A DNA stretch of 35,157 nucleotides from a virus (IMGVR_UViG_3300022741_000058:1-35157); one strand, 5' to 3'. Counted from the stretch's first letter, positions 9,488 to 18,974 are shown. The notes: generated by a model not told the origin, from the letters alone. Program-made: numbers and translations.

Positions 9488-9913
9488 TTAGGCACTCCGC
9501 AAATAAATTTCCAAATTAAAATCGTCTTGCCACCAGAGCACCTGGTCGCTCATGTCTTGCAAATGCCCGCCACTAAATTCCATGCTTGATCGTTCGCCTT
9601 CAGGTATCCAACCTAGCAATGCAGTCATCACTTGTTGGCGGACGGCATAAATATCCTCCAACGCTTTTGCACCCGTGGCATCACGCAAATTGCTGGCTGC
9701 CAATATCACGCCGAATTGTTGGGTCACACGTTGGCTCACCACGGTAGTCGCAGAGGTATTCGGGCTAGCTTGTTCCGCGAGTGGTATTACAAATGCAGCC
9801 GGTAATTTATTCCGCAATGCTGTTTCAGCTACACCAAAATCAGCGCTGCCGCCCACCATTTTTAATAACGGGCACGTGTCTTTAAGGTGGGCGATTAATG
9901 TGGCTGGCTGCAT
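9488..9913 (-). CDS. Tail terminator / completion protein (Mu gp37-like position)
   Basis: PAAFVIP...LLGW...LWWQDDF pattern; after gp36. Confidence 0.75.
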   Translation of the reverse strand: MQPATLIAHLKDTCPLLKMVGGSADFGVAETALRNKLPAAFVIPLAEQASPNTSATTVVSQRVTQQFGVILAASNLRDATGAKALEDIYAVRQQVMTALLGWIPEGERSSMEFSGGHLQDMSDQVLWWQDDFNLEIYLRSA

Positions 9914-10332
9914 TCATAATCTCTCAATGTTGAGCGACTAAATATACGATCAGGCCCGGTAAATGAAACACCAGATTCACTTGTTACTGCAGACTGACCA
10001 GTGGCCACACCTAATTGCGCTTCACCTTTCGATAAACTTTTTAAAAACACCACTGCGTCTTTGTAGCGATCGCGAACCGATTCGGTCACGCGATCAGCAC
10101 TCAATTGATAACGCGCAATATCGCAAGCGAGTCGCACTAAAACTGCAGGAACACTCGGAAGCGGCAAACTATATTGCGCCGCCAAATACCCGTTAATTTC
10201 AGCATCAGCATCGCCCAGGGCGCGACTCACAACCGTTGAATCAATCGAGCCGATATTTGCGCGATCAGTTAACTGGATGAGTTCGTCACTACCGAAGCGA
10301 TCGACCAGGTCTTGTTGCGTGGCGTACGTCAT
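9895..10332 (-). CDS. Head-tail adaptor, Mu gp36/DUF1320 family
   Basis: MTYATQQDLVDRFG...ELIQLTDR...DADAEINGYL...LACDIARY. Confidence 0.9.
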   Translation of the reverse strand: MTYATQQDLVDRFGSDELIQLTDRANIGSIDSTVVSRALGDADAEINGYLAAQYSLPLPSVPAVLVRLACDIARYQLSADRVTESVRDRYKDAVVFLKSLSKGEAQLGVATGQSAVTSESGVSFTGPDRIFSRSTLRDYECSQPH

Positions 10333-10353
10333 TTCTAGATGATACTCGCGTAG

Positions 10354-10557
10354 TTAAGCGCTAACTTGAGCTGCGGAGTCCTCAGCAGCTTCGTTAACAA
10401 TTTTCACTGCATTCACATCAGCTAAAGGTTTAACTGCATCTGCGGGCAAATTAATTTCTTCGCCTTCTTCGTAGCGCACGCCATCGTGTTCAATTGCGCC
10501 TAATGCAATAACAAGGATCATTGCGAGGTCGCTAGCGGAATTCTTTTTTGCAGCCAT
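10354..10557 (-). CDS. Small head-associated hypothetical protein (Mu gp35-like position)
   Basis: 67 aa, IEHDGVRYEEGE motif, downstream of the capsid gene. Confidence 0.7.
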   Translation of the reverse strand: MAAKKNSASDLAMILVIALGAIEHDGVRYEEGEEINLPADAVKPLADVNAVKIVNEAAEDSAAQVSA

Positions 10558-10640
10558 TTTAATAATCTCAATTGTGCTGCTGGGGCAGCGGTTATGAATG
10601 GGTGACCGTCATCCTTGAGATCGTGTTTTTATTCAGAAAA

Positions 10641-11594
10641 TTAAGCCACGGCGTTTTGGAAGAAATATCCGCACTCTTGTGCAGCAATAATTTCTTTCAC
10701 AGATTCACCGACGCGAATTTGCGTTGAGCCGCGCAGACCTTTCGTGGATGCAAATGTGCCGGCAACCTTGTCACCAAACTGTGCGGTAAAACCAAATGTA
10801 GGTTGATCGGCGTCTGCTAGCTGTTCGCTAATAAATTGAATTGAACAATGTTTACCCCACACTCGGCTCATTACAGGTGTTTGGCCTTTTTTAGCGGTGT
10901 TAACGAAACCTTGGCCTACAAGAATTTCTTTAACTTCGAAAAGTTCTGCCAACTGCTGCCGTGTAACTGCACCAGAAGTTGCGTTAGTGCCGTAGATTGC
11001 TTGAACAACTTTTGGGTGTTGACGAACAATTGTCCAAACAGCTTGCCCAAATGTTATGGTGTTTCCGCGTACCAGCATTGCATCCAATGCGTTCATAATT
11101 GCGGTAACAGGATTGGAGTTTGCGTAGTCACTCCATTGACTGGTGCCTGATAAAGTTGCTTGATTGCCAGCACTGTAATTGGCTGGGTTAAATACGATTC
11201 CCGCAACGCGAATTTCGCGATCAAGTTGTATCAGGCTTGTCGTTAATGAAGTGCTTTTTACAAGAGGTGAAACAATGCCCGTAGTTTTACCAGCACTTGC
11301 TTCCCAAGCTTCAATTTCTGCATTAGGCACCAGGTCGTCGAGACCAAAGTCTTCACATGTTGCCTGCACTAAGACACCACCGAAATCCACCATGGTCGGA
11401 TCAGATTTCCGACCAACTTTTGTAGAAGGTACTGTGTATGCATCAGCAACACTGTATTTGGTGTAATTAAAAATCAATGCGCCTTTCGGGATGCGAGGCA
11501 GTACTCGATCAGCGATTAAAGCAACATCAGGATTTTTGTAGCCAATAGAAATCGCGGATAACTCTGGATTCGGCTGAAACGCGAGTGTTGACAT
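10641..11594 (-). CDS. Major capsid protein
   Basis: About 317 aa after the protease and cement genes; LSGTSQWSD...WGKH...GYFFQNAVA; GGAG before ATG 11594. Confidence 0.88.
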   Translation of the reverse strand: MSTLAFQPNPELSAISIGYKNPDVALIADRVLPRIPKGALIFNYTKYSVADAYTVPSTKVGRKSDPTMVDFGGVLVQATCEDFGLDDLVPNAEIEAWEASAGKTTGIVSPLVKSTSLTTSLIQLDREIRVAGIVFNPANYSAGNQATLSGTSQWSDYANSNPVTAIMNALDAMLVRGNTITFGQAVWTIVRQHPKVVQAIYGTNATSGAVTRQQLAELFEVKEILVGQGFVNTAKKGQTPVMSRVWGKHCSIQFISEQLADADQPTFGFTAQFGDKVAGTFASTKGLRGSTQIRVGESVKEIIAAQECGYFFQNAVA

Positions 11595-11652
11595 TTTTAT
11601 CTCCAACTAAAAAGTAAAAATCAATAAAACAATTAATATTTCCAAAAAGTAG

Positions 11653-12027
11653 TTAGCCCTGTTTAACGCTTTGCGAAATAAACACCTTCACAACATCGCC
11701 CAATGCAGTAGCGGCTTCCATCGCAATCGCAATAATGCGAACGTTCGAACCAGCCGCCGGAGAGGCTGAAATACCACGACCAACTCCATCAGATGTAATT
11801 TCAGCCCCTAATGAAAACGCTGCGCCCGCTTCCAGGTAAGCAATACCTGATAAAATTCCATCAAAACGTTCACCAGAGGCCGGACCCACCTCATTAGAAA
11901 TACCGATCGATAAATCAGTTGCAGCTGCAGCCACAACACAAGTTTCTGCCGCCGAAAATTTAAAAATACGGAAAGGTGGAATTGCCGCCCCGGCTAGAAA
12001 GTTTTTTTGTAGGATCGGATTGCTCAT
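11653..12027 (-). CDS. Capsid cement/decoration protein (DUF2190-like)
   Basis: Small Ala/Gly-rich protein between protease and capsid; EAGAA...G.EITSDGVGR. Confidence 0.75.
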   Translation of the reverse strand: MSNPILQKNFLAGAAIPPFRIFKFSAAETCVVAAAATDLSIGISNEVGPASGERFDGILSGIAYLEAGAAFSLGAEITSDGVGRGISASPAAGSNVRIIAIAMEAATALGDVVKVFISQSVKQG

Positions 12028-12074
12028 TGCAGGCTCCAGTAAAAATTTAATTAAGAAAAATAGCGTTGAATAAC

Positions 12075-12515
12075 TTAGCCGCGCACAACCTTGCTTACAG
12101 CTTCGGTATAACTCAGTGTTTGACCATTGTTGGCTGCTTCTTTTTGCAGTTGTTCCGCAGCCGTTTTAATGGCTTGTGGGTCATCAAGGTCAACCGTATT
12201 TTCAACAGCACCTTTCGCTCGCTCACTAAAATCCACAATAACCGGGCGTGCCGATAAAAGTTGTTTGAAGGCTTCTACCTGGTGATGGCTGGCTTTCGTT
12301 TCGCCCTCACCAAACTCAACGGTTTGTTCCGTACTGAGCGACTGCGCAAAATTCAATAAATTGGCTTGTTCAACAGGCAACACTTTTCCAGCGGCAATAA
12401 GACCCGTTAAAAATTCATTGAAGTCAGCAGTTAGCTTGGCGATATTGGTGGCCGCTAATTGCGCTTTGAGCGCGCTGTTTTCGGTTTGTAAGCGCAAGGC
12501 TTCTTCTGGGGACAC
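12075..12515 (-). CDS. Nested scaffolding protein (Mu gpZ-like) from an internal in-frame start
   Basis: AGGAG-AACATC-GTG at 12526-12513, in frame with gpI and just before the coiled coil. Confidence 0.6.
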   Translation of the reverse strand: MSPEEALRLQTENSALKAQLAATNIAKLTADFNEFLTGLIAAGKVLPVEQANLLNFAQSLSTEQTVEFGEGETKASHHQVEAFKQLLSARPVIVDFSERAKGAVENTVDLDDPQAIKTAAEQLQKEAANNGQTLSYTEAVSKVVRG

Positions 12516-13169
12516 GATGTTCTCCTGTGAGGTTTTTTTCGGTTCTGCAAAAGACGCAGGCAATTGGGTTAGGCCGTTGTTATCGTCTGATTGTGGTTTG
12601 CGTGCTTCATCTTCCAGCGTGCTCACTTGCCATGATGGAATTGCCTTGTCGGCTTCTTCCAATCCAAACTTGCCAATAATCCACTCGCGGAATTGACGCC
12701 ACATGCTGGCATTCACAACATCGTCCCAATCCGCAAACTCAATAATTCCTTCATTGGCTTCATTGAATTCAACTTGGCGTAAACCTTTTACCGCGGGTGG
12801 TTGTGCACCCAGAAAACCTACATGACGCAGGTAATAAGTTCCTGGCACCGGGTTGGCGGAAGAGTCAGGCGTGTAAAAAGATGCAGAGATTTTTTTGAAG
12901 CTACCGGCTTTCACCATTTCAGAAAAATCGGCATTGAGTTGAGCAGGCTCTGCAAAAAGTTCGTTGCCCTGGCTGCTGAGTGATTGAATCCAACCGTACG
13001 CAGGCGCATCAACTTTTGGGTGACCAATAACAATCGGAGCTTCATGCAACGCAGGATCGTAAGCAGCGGCACAGGCAGCAAGATCTGCTTCAGAGAAATT
13101 CAGGCTCGCACCGCTCATTGCGGTTTGAGTGCCTGCTTTAAAAATATGTAGAGAATTTTGTGTTTTCAT
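12075..13169 (-). CDS. Prohead protease/scaffold, Mu gpI-like
   Basis: HIFKAG, APIVIGHP, PAYGW, YLRHVGFLGAQPPAVKGL; coiled-coil C-terminus. Confidence 0.92.
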   Translation of the reverse strand: MKTQNSLHIFKAGTQTAMSGASLNFSEADLAACAAAYDPALHEAPIVIGHPKVDAPAYGWIQSLSSQGNELFAEPAQLNADFSEMVKAGSFKKISASFYTPDSSANPVPGTYYLRHVGFLGAQPPAVKGLRQVEFNEANEGIIEFADWDDVVNASMWRQFREWIIGKFGLEEADKAIPSWQVSTLEDEARKPQSDDNNGLTQLPASFAEPKKTSQENIVSPEEALRLQTENSALKAQLAATNIAKLTADFNEFLTGLIAAGKVLPVEQANLLNFAQSLSTEQTVEFGEGETKASHHQVEAFKQLLSARPVIVDFSERAKGAVENTVDLDDPQAIKTAAEQLQKEAANNGQTLSYTEAVSKVVRG

Positions 13170-13175
13170 GCAGCC

Positions 13176-13218
13176 ATGATCGGCTGCTACGCGGGGAATG
13201 TAATTTGAACGCGGTCAA
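13176..13218 (-). promoter_or_regulatory. Late (Mor/C-type activator) promoter for the head operon
   Basis: TGTAATTTGAACGCGGTCAA matches 21061-21080 at 18/20; dyad TTGA-N6-TCAA; ATTACA-N17-GATCAT, 6 nt before the gpI ATG. Confidence 0.7.
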
Positions 13219-13228
13219 GACTTTCGGC

Positions 13229-13774
13229 TTAGCCAATTACTTGATTAATGTGGCGCTGAATAACCTTGAGTACTGCATCTTGCCATACAGGTGGCAGGGT
13301 GTTTTCTGGAAAAAATTGTCGCGCAGGAATTGTAACGGTGTGCGCACCAATCGTAACGCGCTGCGCAAAATTTGAATGGTCTTTTTTTACAAAGCGGTTT
13401 CCAATTGTGCTGTCTTTCCCTTGCTTAAAATATGCATGCTGGCTGCGCGCTGCGCGCTGGAATGTATAACCGAAGTTTTGTACGGCTGCGTAAACCACGT
13501 TAGTACCAACACTGACGCTGTTCGAATCCGTTGCATCGTCAATACTATCCCTTAGACGCGTTGTATCAACTAATGGCTTGCCTTTGCGTTTTTTAAGTGG
13601 CGCCCAAGGTACACCGTATGGGGTTTGGCTATTTCGAAAACCTAGCTGCACTCGCTTTTTTAATTCACCACCAATCGCATTTAACACTGGCTGCTTGTTG
13701 GTAAGGATCTGCGACATTTTAGCAAGTGCAGTTTGCACATTAAGGTCGTTAATCGTAATAGATGCATTCGCCAT
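13229..13774 (-). CDS. Virion morphogenesis protein, Mu gpG family
   Basis: PYGVPWAPL...LVDTTRLRDSI...VGTNVVYAAVQNFG...IPARQF. Confidence 0.9.
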   Translation of the reverse strand: MANASITINDLNVQTALAKMSQILTNKQPVLNAIGGELKKRVQLGFRNSQTPYGVPWAPLKKRKGKPLVDTTRLRDSIDDATDSNSVSVGTNVVYAAVQNFGYTFQRAARSQHAYFKQGKDSTIGNRFVKKDHSNFAQRVTIGAHTVTIPARQFFPENTLPPVWQDAVLKVIQRHINQVIG

Positions 13775-13777
13775 GAC

Positions 13778-15007
13778 TTATAAGCTCCCTCTGATTAAGG
13801 TTAGCGATCCATTTTTAAATGCTGCAACGACGTTCTTAAAATCAGTAAACGTTGCATTTGCGAGCGCGCCATCAATATTGGTACTCGAAACAGTGAGTGC
13901 TAATTTCTCAGTGTCAGATTGCGCTGCCGATATTATGTAAACCAATCTGCCTGAATTATTTTCCAACAGAATCGCTTGTGGATACGCTAATAATTCAGGC
14001 AGATTTTGCAATGTGGCTTTTGCATTGAGTACTTCGTGGTCCTCGATCGCAATACCCGCTGTTTTGGGTACAACGTTTACCGCGGCTAATGAATCTAAAA
14101 CGTCACCCTGCAAATATCCAACGACAGCTCGAGCACCGCGTGCAGACGATACTTCAGATTCATCCAAGAACGTTTTCCACTGCGTGTTTAATGCATCAAG
14201 CATTGTATTGGGAGCGTTATCGAAAGTGGCAGCACCTAAACGTGCAGGAGCAACCGCAACTTTTTCAGCAAACTGCTTGTCGAGCTGCTGCGTGTAATTT
14301 TCACCAACGTTGTGTGCCCAACCCGGATCTATTCCTACGGGGATTTTTTCAACACTGCCTGTGCGTGGGTTCGTCCATTCGCGAGTTTCAATAACTGGAT
14401 CAGGGTCAACCTCGCGTCCCATTTCTTCCAAATCATCTTTATTCAATGCAATTACACTGCAGCGACATAACCAACCATTGGGTGGATAATGTGTTTGCCA
14501 CCAAGGATGATCAAACCGCAAAATTTTATTGTCCCACGAGTGATGCAGCGGACGCGTGCGATCATCGTCTACCGCGTCATACATTAGGTAAGGTGCATAG
14601 TCAGCATTATCAACAATCTTTTTCCAATACCCAGCCGCATACGCAGTAGAAAGGTTTACATCAAAAATCGTTTTTAACCGACGCGGGCTCCCTAATTGCA
14701 CCTCACGACTATTGCCCGTGAGTGGGTCAGCCATTTCTTGTTTTCCCCACCAGCCTTTTTCTTGCAGTACTTCAGTTAAATGTTTTCTAAAATCATCAAA
14801 CGCAAGGCCGTGATTTAAAGCATCGTCAACCGCGTTGCGCACATCACTTAATAAATCCAGATCCATCATTTTTGAGACCATAAAATCGCGTGAGTGATCG
14901 GCAGGAGTATTATCCAGATGTGAGTACTGTGCGCTTAATCCTTTAGCACGGAAGTACTTCAATGCATCTTCAGGTTTTTGTTTGAAGTTAATATTCATCG
15001 CGGTCAT
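13778..15007 (-). CDS. Head morphogenesis protein, Mu gpF / SPP1 gp7 family, with C-terminal extension
   Basis: LQEKGWWG, RRLKTIF, Y.AVDDDRTRPLH, PPNGWLCRC, GIDPGW. Confidence 0.92.
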   Translation of the reverse strand: MTAMNINFKQKPEDALKYFRAKGLSAQYSHLDNTPADHSRDFMVSKMMDLDLLSDVRNAVDDALNHGLAFDDFRKHLTEVLQEKGWWGKQEMADPLTGNSREVQLGSPRRLKTIFDVNLSTAYAAGYWKKIVDNADYAPYLMYDAVDDDRTRPLHHSWDNKILRFDHPWWQTHYPPNGWLCRCSVIALNKDDLEEMGREVDPDPVIETREWTNPRTGSVEKIPVGIDPGWAHNVGENYTQQLDKQFAEKVAVAPARLGAATFDNAPNTMLDALNTQWKTFLDESEVSSARGARAVVGYLQGDVLDSLAAVNVVPKTAGIAIEDHEVLNAKATLQNLPELLAYPQAILLENNSGRLVYIISAAQSDTEKLALTVSSTNIDGALANATFTDFKNVVAAFKNGSLTLIRGSL

Positions 15008-16464
15008 TAGAGTTTCCCCAGAAGGCTCGCACTGATGCGTGAATTTTTAATAATCTCCGTGGCTTTTTTCATTGAGTCATCACTGATCAACTCTGCCAGG
15101 CGATCACGAAACAAAGTGAGGTCTTTGGTTTCTTCAAGCAATGCCATCAGACTTTCAACACGGTCACCCAAAATAGTTTCGTAATCCTGGGCGAGCGCAG
15201 TGGCACCGTTCGCAATTGCTTGTTGTGCAGGCGGCAATGTTGTTTCACTAAAATTTATATTTGCTGAATCAGTAGCTGCTAAAGCGCGTGCAGGGTTCGG
15301 AGTTGCTTCCTCCCAACCCTCGCCATAGGTCTCGCGAATATATTTTAGGGTTGGCTTAAAACCCATTTCGCAAACAGTTTTATCAGTTGTTGCGCGTGCG
15401 ACTAAATCTTCCGGTTCACTAAAGTCGCGGCTAACTTTTGGTGGTTGCGCACCAGGGAAATTAAATTCACAAAACCACTTAACCAAGGTTGCATTAAGTG
15501 TGTCACTCAAGAGGTCTGCATCGGCCTTGGTTAATTCCAGGCGAACCTCGTTATGCGTATTACTTGCCGCAAAACTACCGCCACTTTTACCCATGCTGGT
15601 AGAGAGCGTTTCACCGAGTACTGCTTTAGAAATTTCTTCATCCATGTAGCGGCACAATGTTTCATAAGTGTCCACACTCCCGGAGCGAGCGGCTTCCAAA
15701 AACTCAATCTTCATTCCTTCAGGAATAATTACGCCGGAATCATTGGCGAGAGCAGCCAATGCATCTAACAATTTATCTTGCTCAGGCTTACCTGCTCCGG
15801 GTGGATATTTACCAACAGCCGTGGGGGAACCAAATTTATCGGCAAAGGTTAACCAGAATTGAATTCCCTGGCGCTTGAAAAATACCGGCCAAAATAAACG
15901 GGTACCCAAACCTAAACCGTACGGGTTGCCGTCTTTAGCGCCGTAGCGGTGAACAATAAATTTGCGCTCCGGCATCGCATCGCCTTTGGTTAAGTCAGTG
16001 CGAGTGATAAGGCGTAAGGTCTGATCTTTATCGAACACGAAACGACGTTGGTCTTTCGGCAGAATTTTTTCTACATCAATAATGCCATTGCCAACACGCC
16101 ACATAATTTCAGCCGCTGAAAAACCTTTTAAGGTTGCATCAAGCAGATCAAGACATACCTGGTCAAAATTAATAGCATTTAAAAATGCTTCAACGCCATC
16201 ACGCGCTTTGCGATCACGTAATGAATTGCTAGCGGCTTCAACCAGCACCGGGCGAGCAATTAATGCGAGCTTTCGTTTTTGCAAAACAGAAAATGCATGG
16301 CAGTCTCTTTCAATCTCATCGTAAATGCGCAAACCCTTACTTGCGCCGCGTGTTGCAAGCGTAGAATCATTCGGGCGCATCAAGCCGTTAAACAGTAAAT
16401 TAAACGGATCCTTTTCAACCGTTGCGATTTCCGTTTTAAGTTCAGCGCTGAGTACTTCAGTCAT
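15007..16464 (-). CDS. Portal protein, Mu gp29/DUF935
   Basis: NPYGLGL...FWPVFFK...KFGSP.AVGKY...ISKAVLGETL...HNEVR. Confidence 0.93.
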   Translation of the reverse strand: MTEVLSAELKTEIATVEKDPFNLLFNGLMRPNDSTLATRGASKGLRIYDEIERDCHAFSVLQKRKLALIARPVLVEAASNSLRDRKARDGVEAFLNAINFDQVCLDLLDATLKGFSAAEIMWRVGNGIIDVEKILPKDQRRFVFDKDQTLRLITRTDLTKGDAMPERKFIVHRYGAKDGNPYGLGLGTRLFWPVFFKRQGIQFWLTFADKFGSPTAVGKYPPGAGKPEQDKLLDALAALANDSGVIIPEGMKIEFLEAARSGSVDTYETLCRYMDEEISKAVLGETLSTSMGKSGGSFAASNTHNEVRLELTKADADLLSDTLNATLVKWFCEFNFPGAQPPKVSRDFSEPEDLVARATTDKTVCEMGFKPTLKYIRETYGEGWEEATPNPARALAATDSANINFSETTLPPAQQAIANGATALAQDYETILGDRVESLMALLEETKDLTLFRDRLAELISDDSMKKATEIIKNSRISASLLGKL

Positions 16465-16591
16465 GGGATTTACTCTGTTTTAAAATATGGCTCTGGGATC
16501 GCCGCAGCGGGCTTCTATAAAGCACCCGCGTGAATGTTCGCGTTCAATTCGCAAAACAACAAAATCGATTTATAAACCGTTTACGTGCGAT

Positions 16592-17986
16592 CTATCGATA
16601 GTCATAGAGATTGCTTGATGCGCGAGGCACACCAAGCGCTGCAAATTCAATAATTCCGCCGGGGTTACTGGCCGCGTGCAATGCCAAACCCGCCGCCCAA
16701 AATCGGTCTGAGTGGCCATCGGGTGTGCGCTCTGCGGTGAAGCGAATATTGCCTGCAGCGGTAATCTGTTTTGTAACCTGGCGCAAATCAGCGCGAATTT
16801 TAGGATCGTACGGAATACGAAATTTGCGATCTTCCATTGCACCGCGCATAGGGTATGCAAGTGTTTCTTTTACGCGTGGAGTGAAGGTCACTGCTTCAAC
16901 ACGACTTTCGCCAAATTTATCTTGAGCATCGTCTGTCCAACCAATACCTAAACCTGTTGCATCAATGCATACGCGATCGCATCGTTCTATCCACGGCCAA
17001 ATAATTTTTTCCTGATCGCTTTTGCGCATGTTGTGCATAGTTTCGATGTGACGTGTGTAAAGCACATCACCTAATTTCTCGACAACCCATAACACGGTGA
17101 GGTCATTTTTGCGTCCAATATCGATACCCGCAAATAGCCGACCATTTTCGCATTGCTGCCAATGTGTTCCAGCAGGATATTCTGCTGACGCAATTAAATC
17201 GTATTCAAGAAATGCAACATCATCATCAGCGGGGTTGCACATAAACTCTTGCTGAAATGATTCTTCGTCAGCACAACCTGCACGGATAAACTCAAAGTAT
17301 GCAGCTTCATCCATTGCCTGGCGTTCATCATCGGCGGGTAGCATTTGTTGCAGCTTGTACAAAAAGCCGTGATCCAACGCTGTTTGCAACGTAACGGTGT
17401 GTAAACTAATTTTTTTGGGATTACCGTTTTCTTTAATCTCACGCACTAACTGATTAAAAAAATTATGGCTTCCACGGTGTGTAGAAATAACTTCTAAATT
17501 TCCACCCCAGGTAATACCAGGGTATGCAATAGACCAGAGCTTGCGAGGGTCTGGGTGCAATGCAAATTCATCCAACACACGGCCACCGCGTTTACCTGCT
17601 TGCGCGTCCGGGTTACTACTCATGCTGTGAATGCGTTTTCCACTCGCGTATTGCTGAACATAAGCCGTAATGCGGTCTTTGGGATCAATCACAACTTCGC
17701 CCAAATCTTTTGCGGCTAAATTCATAATGCCTGCCCACATTTTGCAATCTTCAATAAAAAGCCGAGCTTGCAAATCATCGCGGCTACTTACCCACTGATC
17801 GTGCCGTGCGGTTTCAGCAGCAGTACGTTCAGTGGCGGCATAAGCAGTTGACCAACTCAATCCAATTTGGCGAGCTTTTTCCATTAACTTTAAACGGCTA
17901 TCGTCCTTAATCCACTTCGCCTGGAATGGTAGAAAAATCGCGTCCGGATTTACCGGGATAATTTTTGCGTTGCCCCTAAGCTTCAT
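16592..17986 (-). CDS. Terminase large subunit, Mu gp28-like
   Basis: KARQIGLSW, VLDEFA, ISTH, GIDIGR, IDATGLG, HSDRFWA; ATG 17986 after AGGTGG. Confidence 0.93.
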   Translation of the reverse strand: MKLRGNAKIIPVNPDAIFLPFQAKWIKDDSRLKLMEKARQIGLSWSTAYAATERTAAETARHDQWVSSRDDLQARLFIEDCKMWAGIMNLAAKDLGEVVIDPKDRITAYVQQYASGKRIHSMSSNPDAQAGKRGGRVLDEFALHPDPRKLWSIAYPGITWGGNLEVISTHRGSHNFFNQLVREIKENGNPKKISLHTVTLQTALDHGFLYKLQQMLPADDERQAMDEAAYFEFIRAGCADEESFQQEFMCNPADDDVAFLEYDLIASAEYPAGTHWQQCENGRLFAGIDIGRKNDLTVLWVVEKLGDVLYTRHIETMHNMRKSDQEKIIWPWIERCDRVCIDATGLGIGWTDDAQDKFGESRVEAVTFTPRVKETLAYPMRGAMEDRKFRIPYDPKIRADLRQVTKQITAAGNIRFTAERTPDGHSDRFWAAGLALHAASNPGGIIEFAALGVPRASSNLYDYR

Positions 17987-18135
17987 AATTTCCACCTGGG
18001 CGTGTTGTCGTATACCCATTCAGCACCAACAGAGAGGCGAGCAAATAGCCAACTTAAAAACCACGCACCCAAGGTCACAGGAATAAAAATGAGGACAAGT
18101 GGCGCTATTAAAATATTTCGCATTGCCTTGCGCAT
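17983..18135 (-). CDS. 50-aa predicted membrane peptide (absent from the ORF track)
   Basis: MRKAMRNILIAPLVLIFIPVTLGAWFLSWLFARLSVGAEWVYDNTPRWKL; TAATG overlap with terS and ATGA overlap with terL. Confidence 0.7.
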   Translation of the reverse strand: MRKAMRNILIAPLVLIFIPVTLGAWFLSWLFARLSVGAEWVYDNTPRWKL

Positions 18136-18656
18136 TAAACAATTCCCAATGCTTCACGAATAATGAGTTTGGTTTCTTCAGTCACGCCACCTTTGCTACC
18201 CATGCTGTCTAATGTTTTGCGTTGTTCTTCCAATAACTCTGCGCGTGCAGCAGCTCGGTGTTCCGCAGTCCATTTCTTTTGTGCGATAGAGGCGCGGCCT
18301 AATTCAGCAACAGCTTTTGCCACTTTAGGCAAATCCATTTCATCGCCGTTGGTCATCAGCAATTTAAAAAGGTGTTCTTGCACTAAACGCATTAGCGCTT
18401 CGTTTACAGAACCTTCTTCATCAGGCGCAGCTTCAACTACAGCACGCGCTTGTTCGCTCGCCACTTTCAGTGCAGATAAACGCGATTCAAAATCTTGCCC
18501 ATAACGATTAAGTGCGCTTTTACTAATGGCGTGGCCACGCGCAGCTAACTCAGCAGAAAGCGCTTCGTACTCGCTAAAATTATTTTCAGCCAACGCCCGG
18601 TCTAACCAAGCCTTAACTTCTGCAGGTAATGCATGCACTTTGCTACGTGGTGGCAT
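18135..18656 (-). CDS. Terminase small subunit, Mu gp27/DUF3486
   Basis: MPPRSKVHALP...ISKSALNRYG...IREALGI. Confidence 0.88.
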   Translation of the reverse strand: MPPRSKVHALPAEVKAWLDRALAENNFSEYEALSAELAARGHAISKSALNRYGQDFESRLSALKVASEQARAVVEAAPDEEGSVNEALMRLVQEHLFKLLMTNGDEMDLPKVAKAVAELGRASIAQKKWTAEHRAAARAELLEEQRKTLDSMGSKGGVTEETKLIIREALGIV

Positions 18657-18659
18657 GAG

Positions 18660-18974
18660 TTAGCCCGCCCAATATTTTGCGGGGCGTGCAATGCCAGGGT
18701 GAACATCCACCGTGTACTCAGCCACATCTACACCCAATGCGGTGAGGTCGGCAGTCCATACCCCGCTAGGTTCTTTTTTAACTTCTACCAATAAGCGGTC
18801 ATGCAAATAATCCAATTCGCGGCGCACTTCTAACGCTGTGGCGTCTGGGTAAATACCTTGCACGGTGGAAAGCACTAAACTTTCGTGTGTTGGAATTGGC
18901 CGTGCGTTATTGAGCGTAAGCAAAATGCTCCAACGCATAGATTCGCGACGTGCTTTAGCGTGATCAATGTTCAC
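18660..18974 (-). CDS. Mu gp26-like winged-helix protein
   Basis: RRELDYL.DR.LV...LTALGVDVAE...PGIARP; upstream of terS. Confidence 0.8.
   Translation of the reverse strand: MNIDHAKARRESMRWSILLTLNNARPIPTHESLVLSTVQGIYPDATALEVRRELDYLHDRLLVEVKKEPSGVWTADLTALGVDVAEYTVDVHPGIARPAKYWAG

Noticed and set aside
9895-9913. gp36 C-terminus overlapping the next gene by 19 nt (possible frameshift)
   Set aside because: It adds only a few residues and both genes are intact
13170-13228. Anti-CRISPR locus between gpG and gpI as in D3112-like phages
   Set aside because: The gap is only about 60 bp and holds a promoter; no acr/aca ORFs
1827-17442. Many + strand ORFs opposite structural genes (e.g. 1827-2486, 5815-6270, 6946-7350)
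   Set aside because: Shadow frames of well-supported - strand genes, with no RBS or motifs
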